64,000 nt of DNA from Beijerinckiaceae bacterium (GTDB taxonomy: Bacteria; Pseudomonadota; Alphaproteobacteria; Rhizobiales; Beijerinckiaceae): assembly GCA_036556825.1 (NCBI GenBank), contig DATBIR010000056.1, positions 4,163 through 68,162 on the forward strand, given 5' to 3'. The notes under the pieces are model-generated. The model saw only the letters and a list, made by a program, of their open reading frames with translations. It was not told the origin of the DNA and did no database searches. A program made the translations under genes and the position numbers. Shown piece after piece: positions 30,236-39,619 of this stretch (position 1 is the stretch's first letter; the number at the start of each line of letters is the position of its first letter).

Positions 30236-32488
30236 GTGAGCAGCAATGCAGCAGCAGGTCGTCCACTCACCCGGTCTGCTGCCGCGGACTCGGCCTATTC
30301 CGCAAGCGGGAAAGGCGTTCGCCGCGGCGCGCAGATGTGGCTGGCGCTCGCGTGGCTCGGTTATGCAATCCTGCCCTGGTATCTCGGCGCCGGGCCGTCC
30401 TTCGTCGCGGGCAGCGCCCTTGCGCTCGGTGTCTCCGGCGAAGGCTGGTGGCTTCTGCCGATTCTCGCAGCGCTTGTCGCGGCGAGCCGTCCGCTGGCGG
30501 GCGGTCTCGATCGTTACGACACGGGCAAGTGGCTGACCGCGGCCGGCATCGCCGGTCTCGCGCTGATCATGCTTCAGGGCTTCGCGATCGGGCTCAACGG
30601 CTGGAACGGCGCCTGGCTGTTGGCGTTGTTCGGCGGGCCCGGCCCGCGCCAGGGCGGGATGGGCTTCGGTGCGGCGCTCACCTCCCTCGCCTTCCTGATC
30701 CTGCTGTGCCACGGCCTTGCGATGCGCGGCTGGTGCCGGGGCGACGCCTTCGTGGTGTCGTCGATCGGCATCGTGGTCGCGCTGATCGCAACGTTCGTGT
30801 TCTTCCCGATCAGCACCATCCTGGCGAGCGCGCTGGAAGACAATGCCGGCGCCTTCGCGCCCGCGGAATTCATCGCGAAATTCTTCGATCGTTCGATCTG
30901 GGGCCTCGATTGCCTGACCGCGGGGCTGCGCTGCGGCGTCGCCTGGAATACCCTATTCCTCGCCACGCTGGTCGGGCTCGGGACGACGGCGCTCGGGCTC
31001 GCATTCGCACTGATCGCCACGCGCACCGCCTTCCGCTTCAAGCGTGTCCTGCGCGTGCTCACGGTGTTGCCGATCATCACGCCGCCGTTCGTGATCGGTC
31101 TCGCGCTGATCCTGCTGTTCGGCCGGTCAGGGGCACTCTCCGCGGTGCTTTACGACTGGTTCGGCGTGCCGCGCTCGCGCTGGATCTATGGCCTGCCGGG
31201 AATCCTGATCGCGCAACTGCTCGCCTTCACGCCGATCGCCTTCCTGGTGCTGATCGGGGTGGTCCAGGGTATCAGTCCATCCCTTGAAGAGGCCGCGCAG
31301 ACGCTGCGGGCGAAAGGCTGGACCACCTTCAGGACGGTCTCGCTGCCGCTGATGCGCCCCGGGCTGGCCAATGCATTCCTGCTCGGCTTCGTCGAGAGCA
31401 TGGCGGATTTCGGCAATCCGCTCGTGCTCGGCGGCAACTACGAGGTGCTCTCGACCAAGATCTTCTTCGCGGTGGTCGGCGCGGCGCATGATCAGGGTCG
31501 CGCGGCGGTGCTTTCCATCATCCTGCTGGGTTTCACGTTGGCGGCGTTCTGGGTGCAGTATGCCTGGCTCGGCAAACGCGTCTATACGACCGTAACCGGC
31601 AAGGGTGATTCAGGCCTGCACCTGCCGCTGCCACGGAGTCTTGCATGGCTCTGTTACGCGACGGCGATTCCGTGGGCGATCTTCACCCTCGTCGCCTATG
31701 CGATCATCCTCGTCGGCGGCTTCGTGCGCTCCATGGGCCGGGACTATACGCCGACCTTGGACCATTTCCTGACCGGCTTCCGCATCGAGACGACGCCGCG
31801 CGGCCTGTTCTTTTCGGGCTCCGCCTGGGACTCGTTCCTTGCCACGCTCGAGGTCGCGGCTATGGCGGCGCCGCTCACCGCCGCGATCGGCATCGTCACC
31901 GCCTACCTGCTCACGCGCCAGCGCTTCGCGGGCCAGAAGGTGTTCGAGTTCGGGACGATGCTGAGCTTCGCCATCCCGGGCACGGTCGTGGGCGTAAGCT
32001 ACATCCTCGCTTTCAACGTGCCGCCGGTCGAGATCACCGGCACCGCCTTCATCCTCGTCATGTGCTTCGTGTTTCGGAACATGCCGGTGGCGGTACGCTC
32101 GGGTATCGCCACCATGAGCCAGATCGACAAGAGCCTTGACGAGGCCTCCCTCACCTTGGGCGCGCGCTCGTTCACGACGCTTCGCCGCGTCGTGCTGCCG
32201 TTGCTGCGGCCGGCGATCGTGGCGGCGCTCGTCTACAGCTTCGTGCGCGCCATGACGGCGGTGAGCGCCGTGATCTTCCTCGTTTCGGCCGAATACAACA
32301 TGGCCACGACCTATATCGTAGGCCGCGTCGAATCGGGCGAGTTCGGTCTCGCCATCGCCTATTCCTCGGTGCTGATCGTGGTGATGCTGCTGGCAATCCT
32401 GCTGATCCAGATGCTGGTTGGCGAACGCCGCCTCGGCCGGCGCGCGGCGGTGGTCGCCCCGGTTCCGGCCGTGCAGGCAGCGGGGTGA
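30236..32488 (+). CDS. afuB: AfuB-like double ABC permease with N-terminal TM extension
   Basis: LPIITPPFV; two EAA loops (EEAAQTL, DEASLTLGA). Confidence 0.85.
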   Translation: MSSNAAAGRPLTRSAAADSAYSASGKGVRRGAQMWLALAWLGYAILPWYLGAGPSFVAGSALALGVSGEGWWLLPILAALVAASRPLAGGLDRYDTGKWLTAAGIAGLALIMLQGFAIGLNGWNGAWLLALFGGPGPRQGGMGFGAALTSLAFLILLCHGLAMRGWCRGDAFVVSSIGIVVALIATFVFFPISTILASALEDNAGAFAPAEFIAKFFDRSIWGLDCLTAGLRCGVAWNTLFLATLVGLGTTALGLAFALIATRTAFRFKRVLRVLTVLPIITPPFVIGLALILLFGRSGALSAVLYDWFGVPRSRWIYGLPGILIAQLLAFTPIAFLVLIGVVQGISPSLEEAAQTLRAKGWTTFRTVSLPLMRPGLANAFLLGFVESMADFGNPLVLGGNYEVLSTKIFFAVVGAAHDQGRAAVLSIILLGFTLAAFWVQYAWLGKRVYTTVTGKGDSGLHLPLPRSLAWLCYATAIPWAIFTLVAYAIILVGGFVRSMGRDYTPTLDHFLTGFRIETTPRGLFFSGSAWDSFLATLEVAAMAAPLTAAIGIVTAYLLTRQRFAGQKVFEFGTMLSFAIPGTVVGVSYILAFNVPPVEITGTAFILVMCFVFRNMPVAVRSGIATMSQIDKSLDEASLTLGARSFTTLRRVVLPLLRPAIVAALVYSFVRAMTAVSAVIFLVSAEYNMATTYIVGRVESGEFGLAIAYSSVLIVVMLLAILLIQMLVGERRLGRRAAVVAPVPAVQAAG

Positions 32489-33591
32489 CGGTCATGGACA
32501 GGCACGGGCCGGCATCGGTCGAGTTCAAGTCGGTCACCAAGCGTTACGGCACAGTTACGGCCGTCGACGACGTCTCGTTCGCGATCGAGCCCGGCACGCT
32601 GGTGACGCTGCTCGGCCCCTCGGGTTGCGGCAAGACGACGACGTTGCGCCTGATCGCCGGACTCGAGATGGCGAGCGACGGCCGCATCCTGATCGGCGAC
32701 GAGGACGTGACCTATCGCTCGGCGAGCGAACGCGACGTCAGCATGGTGTTCCAGTCGTACGCGCTGTTCCCGCACATGTCCGTGCTCGAGAACGTCGCCT
32801 ATGGGCCGAGCGTGCAAGGGGCATCGAAGAAGGAAGCCCGGATGCGGGCGCTGGAGAAGCTGGAGCTGGTCGGCCTCAGCGGCCTGGAAAAGCGCTCCCC
32901 GTCCGAGCTCTCCGGCGGGCAGCAGCAGCGCGTCGCAGTCGCCCGCGCGCTCGTGCTTGAGCCGCAGGTTCTGCTCTTCGACGAGCCGCTCTCGAACCTC
33001 GACGCCAAGCTGCGCCGGCGCGTGCGCGACGACATTCGCGAGCTCCAGCAACGGCTCAATCTGACGGTCGCCTACGTCACGCATGATCAGGAAGAAGCGC
33101 TCGCCATTTCCGACCGCATCATCGTCATGTCGAATGCTCGCGTCGCCCAGACCGGTACCCCGCGCGAGCTCTACGAGCAGCCGGCGAGCGTCTTCGTCGC
33201 GGATTTCATCGGCGACGCCAACCTGGTCGATGCGGAAGTGATCGCCGAACGCGGCTTCATGGCCTCGGTGCGCCTCGGCGGCGTCGAGATGGAACTGCCG
33301 CAGCGCGGCACCGGCCAGGGTGCTGTCAAGCTCGCGGTCAAGCCGGACGCCATTCTGGTGCATACGGCCGACCCCGGCGGACCGTCCATGCCGGGCAAGA
33401 TCGTGCGCGCCGCCTATCTCGGCCGGCACATCGAATACTGGCTGTCGAGCCCGCTCGGCGAGTTGTTCGTGGTCGACCGCGGCCGGCGCGAACCGCTAAA
33501 GCCGGGAACCGAGATCTGGACCAGCTTCTCCAATCGCGACATCACCATCGTGCGCCTGGATGCAGGCCGGAAGGGCTCGCCGGGCCAATGA
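32485..33591 (+). CDS. afuC: AfuC/FbpC-like ABC ATPase
   Basis: GPSGCGKT, LSGGQQQR, FDEPLSNLD, TOBE tail. Confidence 0.88.
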   Translation: MTVMDRHGPASVEFKSVTKRYGTVTAVDDVSFAIEPGTLVTLLGPSGCGKTTTLRLIAGLEMASDGRILIGDEDVTYRSASERDVSMVFQSYALFPHMSVLENVAYGPSVQGASKKEARMRALEKLELVGLSGLEKRSPSELSGGQQQRVAVARALVLEPQVLLFDEPLSNLDAKLRRRVRDDIRELQQRLNLTVAYVTHDQEEALAISDRIIVMSNARVAQTGTPRELYEQPASVFVADFIGDANLVDAEVIAERGFMASVRLGGVEMELPQRGTGQGAVKLAVKPDAILVHTADPGGPSMPGKIVRAAYLGRHIEYWLSSPLGELFVVDRGRREPLKPGTEIWTSFSNRDITIVRLDAGRKGSPGQ

Positions 33592-33850
33592 TTTTGCCAT
33601 TTTCTTGGCGACCGCTTCCGCAAGCTCTCCGACGCCTTGCGCAAGAGCACGGGAGCACTGTCGCGCCACCGCGTTAGCAGAAGCTCTCGCAAAGGAGCGA
33701 CCGATGGCGCGTCATCGGCAGGATGGGCGAAGGCCTCGCGCGCGAGTTCCGCTTGCACATATGGGGCAAGGCCCCCATCATCTCGCCCCAGTCGCCATCG
33801 CCCTCGACATTCCGTGGCTGGCGGTGCGTAACGAACACTGACGGACATCG

Positions 33851-34861
33851 ATGTCATTCAAGACAGGCCGGCGCCATGGCGCCGGATTGACATTGCGATA
33901 CGCATTCGTCGCCGTGCTCGTCGCCTTTGCAAGCGCCATGTCGGCAATGGCTTCCGCGAAATTGCTCACACACTACGAAAAGTTTCGGGCGGTCGAGGGA
34001 CTGTTCGATGCGTCTGGAGCCCTGCAGTTGCCCGACGGGCGGATCATGATCGTCCAGGACACCCGGTCGGCGCCGATCGTGCTCCTTCGGTCCGATGAAG
34101 AGCTTCTGGTCGCCGAGCCATGGACGCGCGAAACGATCGCCACTCGCTCGGGAGGCGTCATCGAGGGACTTTCCGATCTCGAAGAGGGCGCGCTCTCCGA
34201 CGGTTTCGTCTACGCACTCGCTTCACAGGGCAAGCCAGGCGCCGATAGCTTCGCGCGGTTCCGGATCAAGGATGACCGCATGACGGAGGCTTCGGTCTTC
34301 ACCGGACTGAAAGGCGCCATCCGAGCGAGGCACCCTGCGCTCGAACGCGCCGCCACTGCCGGCAGCGACCCGGGCTTCAACCTCGAAGGCTTCACGTTCG
34401 ACCGCAACGGCGCGCGTGCGCTGCTCGGCTTTCGCGCGCCTTCCCTCGATGGCAAGGCAGCGGTCGTCGCGCTCGACAATCCGGCGGAGCTCTTCAAGCC
34501 AGGCGCCGTCCCGCGGATCGGCAGTCTCACGCTGCTCGATCTCGATGGGGACGGCATCCGCGGCATGGCCTGGCTTGCCAAGATCAACGGTTACCTGATC
34601 GCCGGACGGCGTGAGAAGGAGTCTGCGGCGGGCGGCAAGCGGCCCTTCCGCCTTTGGTTCTGGACCGGCGACGCGAAGACGAAGCCGCGCGCCGTCGCCA
34701 TAGAAGGCCTCCGGTCCATGGGGCGCCTCGAAGGCATCGCGCATGTCGTGATCAACGGTGAGGAACGCATCCTTCTGGTCAGCGACGAAGGTGACCGCGA
34801 ATACGGCACGCCGTCCGAGGTTGCCTTGATCGCCTACGAGCGGCTGCGGATTGCGCCATAA
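33851..34861 (+). CDS. Exported beta-propeller-like protein, probably DUF3616 family
   Basis: Signal peptide; DLEE, GFNLEG, LLGFRAP, LDLDGDGIR, LEGI, LVSDEG. Confidence 0.7.
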   Translation: MSFKTGRRHGAGLTLRYAFVAVLVAFASAMSAMASAKLLTHYEKFRAVEGLFDASGALQLPDGRIMIVQDTRSAPIVLLRSDEELLVAEPWTRETIATRSGGVIEGLSDLEEGALSDGFVYALASQGKPGADSFARFRIKDDRMTEASVFTGLKGAIRARHPALERAATAGSDPGFNLEGFTFDRNGARALLGFRAPSLDGKAAVVALDNPAELFKPGAVPRIGSLTLLDLDGDGIRGMAWLAKINGYLIAGRREKESAAGGKRPFRLWFWTGDAKTKPRAVAIEGLRSMGRLEGIAHVVINGEERILLVSDEGDREYGTPSEVALIAYERLRIAP

Positions 34862-34933
34862 CCTCCATCCTCGTGATCCGGGGTAGAAGCCTCGCACAAG
34901 ACCGTGTCCGGCTACGCAGCAAGGATATGCGGC

Positions 34934-35173
34934 TCAAAGAGAGTCGGAGTGGGACCGATGCGACGTGGAGCGACCGCGCTCGAGGGCGCGCCCTTCGGAT
35001 TGAACCGCCGTCTCGCGCTTCAGCTCGCCGGCGGTTACCGGCTCACCGCCATACATCCAGGTCCCAAGCGCGACGCAGAGCAGCACCAGAAAGGTCATGG
35101 TGGCTATGGCGGAAACAACGGCGGCGTTGGTCGTGTTCGAACGAGCCGTCAAAGTGAGGAGGGCACTCGATAG
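34934..35173 (-). CDS. Possible small membrane protein (start uncertain)
   Basis: Hydrophobic stretch AAVVSAIATMTFLVLLCVALG inside ORF 34934..35437. Confidence 0.25.
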   Translation of the reverse strand, partial: LSSALLTLTARSNTTNAAVVSAIATMTFLVLLCVALGTWMYGGEPVTAGELKRETAVQSEGRALERGRSTSHRSHSDSL

Positions 35174-35547
35174 GGCCAGGACCTCTGCCTTGTCCCGTTC
35201 CCGTCTCGACAGGTCGAGGGGAACCAGCGCCCTCCGCCACTTTGCCGTGTTGATGTCTTCAGGGCCCTGACGCATTACAATTCCGTGCCCGCGAGCGCCG
35301 GGTGCTAACCCGTTGCGCTCCATCCACAAAATTGTGGATACCTGACGAGCCCCAACTTGACAAGCTCGACGCGCCGGCTGCCCCGTGCGATTCGCGGCCG
35401 CCCGGCGCCCGCCTGGCCGCGCGGCATTCCGCTTCAATCGTCTTTGAGGGCACGGAGGTCATAGGCGTAAAGGTCGCCACCACCGAGATCAGGTGCCCGC
35501 AGCCTGTCGACGGATCACGATCGAGGCCTCGGGACGGGCAAGCGCGG

Positions 35548-36597
35548 TCACCAGTTCAAGCGGACGCCGGCATGGCCCTGATGCAAAGCCGCATTCGAGC
35601 GGAACTCGCCGGTGTAGCCGGCGAACAGCTGCAGGTCGCCGCGCTTCCAGCCGGTCAGCTCGACGGCAATCACCGCCCCGTCGCGGCCCGGCTCGGGCTC
35701 GCCGATGATGGCCGGGGCGCCTAACAGGAAAGCCGGCACGGCGGAGGCCGGGTTCGAGATGTAATGCGACCACGCCACACGCATCTCCGGCCGCACCATC
35801 CAGCCACCGGCGCTCACGTCGACGCCGGCCGCAAGCCCGACATTTCCGCTCGTGCGCTCGAAGGTCTTTGATGGGAATTCCAAACCGGCGCCCGATGCGC
35901 CGGCCTCGGTGTAGCTGCGCCGGTCGTGGCTGATATAGGCCAGGGACACGAATGGCTTGACGAACGCTTCGCCCATCGAGGTTGCGGACCGGAGCCGGTA
36001 GCCGGCACCGGCCAGCCCGCTGACGCCAGGGGCCCGCACATCGCCCCGCAGCGGCACGGCTGCGCCGTCGAGGACGCGGGTGCTCTCGACCTCGGCCCAG
36101 TGGTTGCCCAAAAACCCGTCCAGCTCCCAGCCGTCGAACGGCGACCACGCCGCGTAGGCTCCGCTGGAGACGATGCTCGCTTTGCTGCGTGCGTCACCGC
36201 CCAAGGTGTCGTCGCGGGCGACACCGACCGTGATGCCGACCAGGAGCGTGGGGTCGACAACCTGCTCAATGCCCACTGCGCTCCCGCCCCCCTTTCCGGT
36301 GGCAGCCGCGCTGCGTCCCTCGGCGCCCGTGCGCGAGCCATAGCCGTACCCGGTGCTCCACGCCCGCGTTGCGTGCGACGCGGCGGCGGCCGCGCCAGCA
36401 GGCTCGGAAACCGTGCCGCTGCGGGCGTTGTCAAGCCGGGAATCGATGATGTCGAGGAGAACGGAGGAAGCCCTGCCAATACTTGCGTCGGACGCGTCGG
36501 CAGCCGTCGCTGCCAGCGAGACGGCCGCTGCAACGAGAAGCGGGAATTGCACGCGCAACGCGCGCTCTGAAGAGGCGCGCCTGGAGACTGCCGACAT
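35548..36597 (-). CDS. Autotransporter beta-domain protein with essentially no passenger
   Basis: Signal peptide, short helix (IIDSRLDNAR), RAWS.GYG start of barrel, alternating beta strands, terminal VRLNW. Confidence 0.8.
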   Translation of the reverse strand: MSAVSRRASSERALRVQFPLLVAAAVSLAATAADASDASIGRASSVLLDIIDSRLDNARSGTVSEPAGAAAAASHATRAWSTGYGYGSRTGAEGRSAAATGKGGGSAVGIEQVVDPTLLVGITVGVARDDTLGGDARSKASIVSSGAYAAWSPFDGWELDGFLGNHWAEVESTRVLDGAAVPLRGDVRAPGVSGLAGAGYRLRSATSMGEAFVKPFVSLAYISHDRRSYTEAGASGAGLEFPSKTFERTSGNVGLAAGVDVSAGGWMVRPEMRVAWSHYISNPASAVPAFLLGAPAIIGEPEPGRDGAVIAVELTGWKRGDLQLFAGYTGEFRSNAALHQGHAGVRLNW

Positions 36598-36681
36598 CGT
36601 AAACTCGCGATCGACTCTCCTCAGCCCTCGTCCGAGCCAGATGTCCGCCGGGGCCAGGCGCCTCCACGAGTAACGGGGTTA

Positions 36682-36699
36682 TGGTTAGGGAAGCATTAA
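36682..36699 (-). promoter_or_regulatory. Near-consensus CtrA box upstream of the autotransporter gene
   Basis: Minus strand reads ttaa-tgcttcc-ctaaccat. Confidence 0.5.
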
Positions 36700-36764
36700 G
36701 CGCACGGCGTGCAGCAACGATTGTTGGTGGTCAGAGGCCTGTTGCCGGCCATCGCGCGTGATCC

Positions 36765-37223
36765 CTAATGATGCTCGTGGTGATGGCCGCGTTCGTGGTA
36801 ATCATGGTCGTGCCCATGATCGTGGTCATGATCGTGGCTATCATCATGATCATGGTCGTGGCCGTGGTGGTCTGGCTCGATCTGCTCGGCTTCCGCATAG
36901 CCATGCATGAGCGCCTCCATCACCTTGCGCAACGGATCTTCCTGCAACGAGACATGCGCGGCGAGAAAGCCTGCCAGACGGGCGAAGACGAGAGGCTGCG
37001 CTGCCAGCAGCCGGTAGGCGTCGCCGTCCTCGCACTGCTCGCTGTCACGGGCGCAGCGCGCCAAGGCATCGGTAAAAAGCCGGTCCATGTAGGCGTTGAG
37101 GTCCTTGACGGAAGGCCGCGCATCCGCCGTGTTGCGGCCGCGCAGCAGCTCGCGCGCGTGCAGGCGGAAGCGACCGTAAAGCTGCTCCTCGAACCGTTGT
37201 TCCTCTTCGAGATCACCGCACAT
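36765..37223 (-). CDS. Hypothetical protein with His/Asp-rich C-terminal tail
   Basis: GGAGG RBS, MCG start, tail DHHGHDHDHDDSHDHDHDHGHDHDYHERGHHHEHH. Confidence 0.85.
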   Translation of the reverse strand: MCGDLEEEQRFEEQLYGRFRLHARELLRGRNTADARPSVKDLNAYMDRLFTDALARCARDSEQCEDGDAYRLLAAQPLVFARLAGFLAAHVSLQEDPLRKVMEALMHGYAEAEQIEPDHHGHDHDHDDSHDHDHDHGHDHDYHERGHHHEHH

Positions 37224-37417
37224 TCCATCCTCCTGGGCTCTGCCCAAAGCTTCACCGGCTTTTATCGGCACCATGGCAGCAGCCGCAAGCTTCCGGCGCG
37301 GGCCGCCATGCCCATCCCGGGTTTAGCCGCCGGAGCGTTTGTCTTAGCGGCGAATGGCTTTACATGTGTTTGGCGGTGGATTTCGCCGGCAAACCGGAGG
37401 CTTGAAGGGGAAGTTTG

Positions 37418-38062
37418 ATGGCAAAGGTTTCACGTCTCGATGAGCGCCTGAGCGCGGGCCGGACAGGGCTCGTCCTGTTCGATGCGCTGCATGGGTATCT
37501 CCATCCGAAGGACCCGCAGAAGATGCGCTTCCTGGAAGAGCGCCGGATCCTCGCCAACCTGCAGAGCCTCCTGACAGGCGCCCGGCGCGTCGGGATGACG
37601 GCCTTCTATCCGGCCGGCGCGCATGCGCCCGACGGGTCCGACACGGTGGCGCGGCTGACCGACACGGATATGGACCTGAAGCCGGGCGGCGGCGCCGAGA
37701 AGCCGATCAAGCCTCGCTTCCACCGCGCGAGCGAGGACGCCAACATTGCAGCCGAGCTCGCTCCTGCCGAGGGCGACGTGCTCGTGCCGAAGCAACGCTG
37801 GAATGCGTTCTTCCAGACCAATCTCGACCTCCAGCTGCGGGCGCGCGGGATCGACACGATCGTGCTGGCCGGCGGCTCGACGGATGTCGGGATCGCCAGC
37901 ACTGCATTCGCGGCGCGCGACCTCGATTACGGCCTGGTCATCGTGCGAGACGCCTGCTTCTCGATGCGCGGCAACAACAACGAGTTCTTCATGGACCGCG
38001 TGTTCCCGCGCATGGCGCGGGTCCGGACGGTCGAAGAGACGCTCGCTCTCATGAGGGCCTAA
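37418..38062 (+). CDS. Isochorismatase-family (cysteine hydrolase fold) protein lacking the nucleophilic Cys
   Basis: LVLFD, PKQRWNAF, LRARGIDT, GGSTDVGIAST, VRDAC. Confidence 0.88.
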   Translation: MAKVSRLDERLSAGRTGLVLFDALHGYLHPKDPQKMRFLEERRILANLQSLLTGARRVGMTAFYPAGAHAPDGSDTVARLTDTDMDLKPGGGAEKPIKPRFHRASEDANIAAELAPAEGDVLVPKQRWNAFFQTNLDLQLRARGIDTIVLAGGSTDVGIASTAFAARDLDYGLVIVRDACFSMRGNNNEFFMDRVFPRMARVRTVEETLALMRA

Positions 38063-38275
38063 AGCATTTTCCGGCGAAGTGGGTTCGCTTCGCCGAAGAA
38101 AATGCGTCTCTACGAAAGCTGGAGCCGGTTCTACGTGAGTGGAAACGGCTCTAGAGCAGGATCGCTTTGGATTGAATCGATCCCGCTCTTCTTCTCCTAG
38201 AATCGCATGATCCCGGATCAAGTCCGGGACAAGCCTTTTTCGGCGAAGTGGTCCGCACTTCCCGCCACACTCTAA
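38060..38275. repeat. Composite rhizobial palindromic intergenic repeat (RIME/BRU-RS-like)
   Basis: Nested hairpins. 38169-38260 aligns without gaps to 61087-61178 with about 13 mismatches in 92 nt (hand count). Confidence 0.8.
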
Positions 38276-38358
38276 AGCAAGAGCCGAAGCCACGCGCGTG
38301 GTTCGGCTCTTGTCTAACGCGCGCACTGCCCGGCAGCGGTCCGCAACGTCGCGCCGGC

Positions 38359-38913
38359 TCAGTAGCCTTCGGCGTTCTCGAGTTGCTCGAACCAATCGAA
38401 GCCCATCGGTTTGATGATGCGGCTGTTGATCACAATGATGCGCGCTTCATTCTTGGGATCGGAATTGAAGTGCTTGTGGGTGCAATAGGGAGGGATGTAG
38501 ACGAAGTCGCCTTGCGTCCATTCGAAGCGCTTCGGCTCCTCTTCCCAGGACCATTCAAACTTGTCCTTGCAGTCGAAGCGCACGTCCCAGTGAAGGTCGT
38601 AGCCGCTGCCCTCGACGACGTAGAAGATCTCTTCCGAAAGGTGCCGGTGCTTGCCGCTCGCCTTTCCGGGCGGCAAGAACTGCATGTAGATGTCGAGGCA
38701 GCACTCCTTGGTGTCCATGCCCTCATGAATGATGTGCTTGATGAGGCCGTCGGGTGAGCGCTCGAAGGGCATCTGGCTCGCCTTGACGACATTAAGGCGG
38801 CCTTCATATTCCTCGCGAAAGCGCTCCGACGCCTCGAGCGCCTTGGCGTAAAAATCGACGTATTGCGTCTCGGCATGAGCGCGCTGCCGCTCGAGCGCAT
38901 CGGTGATGCTCAT
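38359..38913 (-). CDS. Cupin-domain protein (resembles N-half of the neighbouring bicupin)
   Basis: GKHRHLSEEIFYVVEGSG, GDFVYIPP..THKHFN. Confidence 0.88.
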   Translation of the reverse strand: MSITDALERQRAHAETQYVDFYAKALEASERFREEYEGRLNVVKASQMPFERSPDGLIKHIIHEGMDTKECCLDIYMQFLPPGKASGKHRHLSEEIFYVVEGSGYDLHWDVRFDCKDKFEWSWEEEPKRFEWTQGDFVYIPPYCTHKHFNSDPKNEARIIVINSRIIKPMGFDWFEQLENAEGY

Positions 38914-38934
38914 CTCGTCCTCTCCTTTATTCTC

Positions 38935-39549
38935 TTACAGGTCGACCGGCGGCTTGTAATTCGCCTGCGTCGGCGACGGCTCCTTGGGGGGATAGCTCAC
39001 CACCTTCTGGAACATCATGTGCATGAACAGGAAGAGCGGCTTCGCCTTCATGATCAAAACGATGCAATCGTCATCGGGCTGGTCGTTGAAGTGCTGGTGG
39101 ACGCAGCCATTCTCGACGATCAGCGCGTCGCCCGCCTCCCAATCATGGCGCTTGCCGTCGTGGACGTCGTGCCCCTTGCCCTTGAGAACGAAGAAGACCG
39201 CGCTGTTCATGTGGCCGTGCTTCTGACCGTAACCGCCGGGAGCGTAAACGTCGATATGCGTCTCGATCGACTGCGCCACCTTCACCGACTGCGGGTTGAT
39301 GATCTTCTTGCCGTAATTCTGGGGCCCGCCTTTCCACTTCCAGTCCTTGGTGCGATAGACGCGCGGCTGGCTGAAGAGCTCGTGCACGAGTTCCCCGTAG
39401 GTGCCCTCGAGCGCGCGCACGAAGACGCGCTTCTTCGTCCAGCGTTCCCAGACGGCCTCTTCCTTCTGCTCCGTCAGGCCGCTGTTGTGGCCGAGCCCGG
39501 CCTCAGCGCGGTCGCGCTTCGCCGGACCTGAATCGTCATTCATCGCCAA
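38935..39549 (-). CDS. Cupin-domain protein (resembles C-half of the neighbouring bicupin)
   Basis: QKHGHMNSA, DWEAGD, VHQHFN. Confidence 0.88.
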   Translation of the reverse strand: MAMNDDSGPAKRDRAEAGLGHNSGLTEQKEEAVWERWTKKRVFVRALEGTYGELVHELFSQPRVYRTKDWKWKGGPQNYGKKIINPQSVKVAQSIETHIDVYAPGGYGQKHGHMNSAVFFVLKGKGHDVHDGKRHDWEAGDALIVENGCVHQHFNDQPDDDCIVLIMKAKPLFLFMHMMFQKVVSYPPKEPSPTQANYKPPVDL

Positions 39550-39619
39550 GGTCGTCTCCTGTGTCTTGGCCGGCGCTGCGGGGCCGCCGCGCCGGGGTGA
39601 ACGTGGCCGCCCCGAGAGC

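Noticed and set aside
29174-33591. Ferric iron ABC transporter
   Set aside because: AfuA-type sugar-phosphate motifs and the IMPase/iol context fit better. Iron is not formally excluded.
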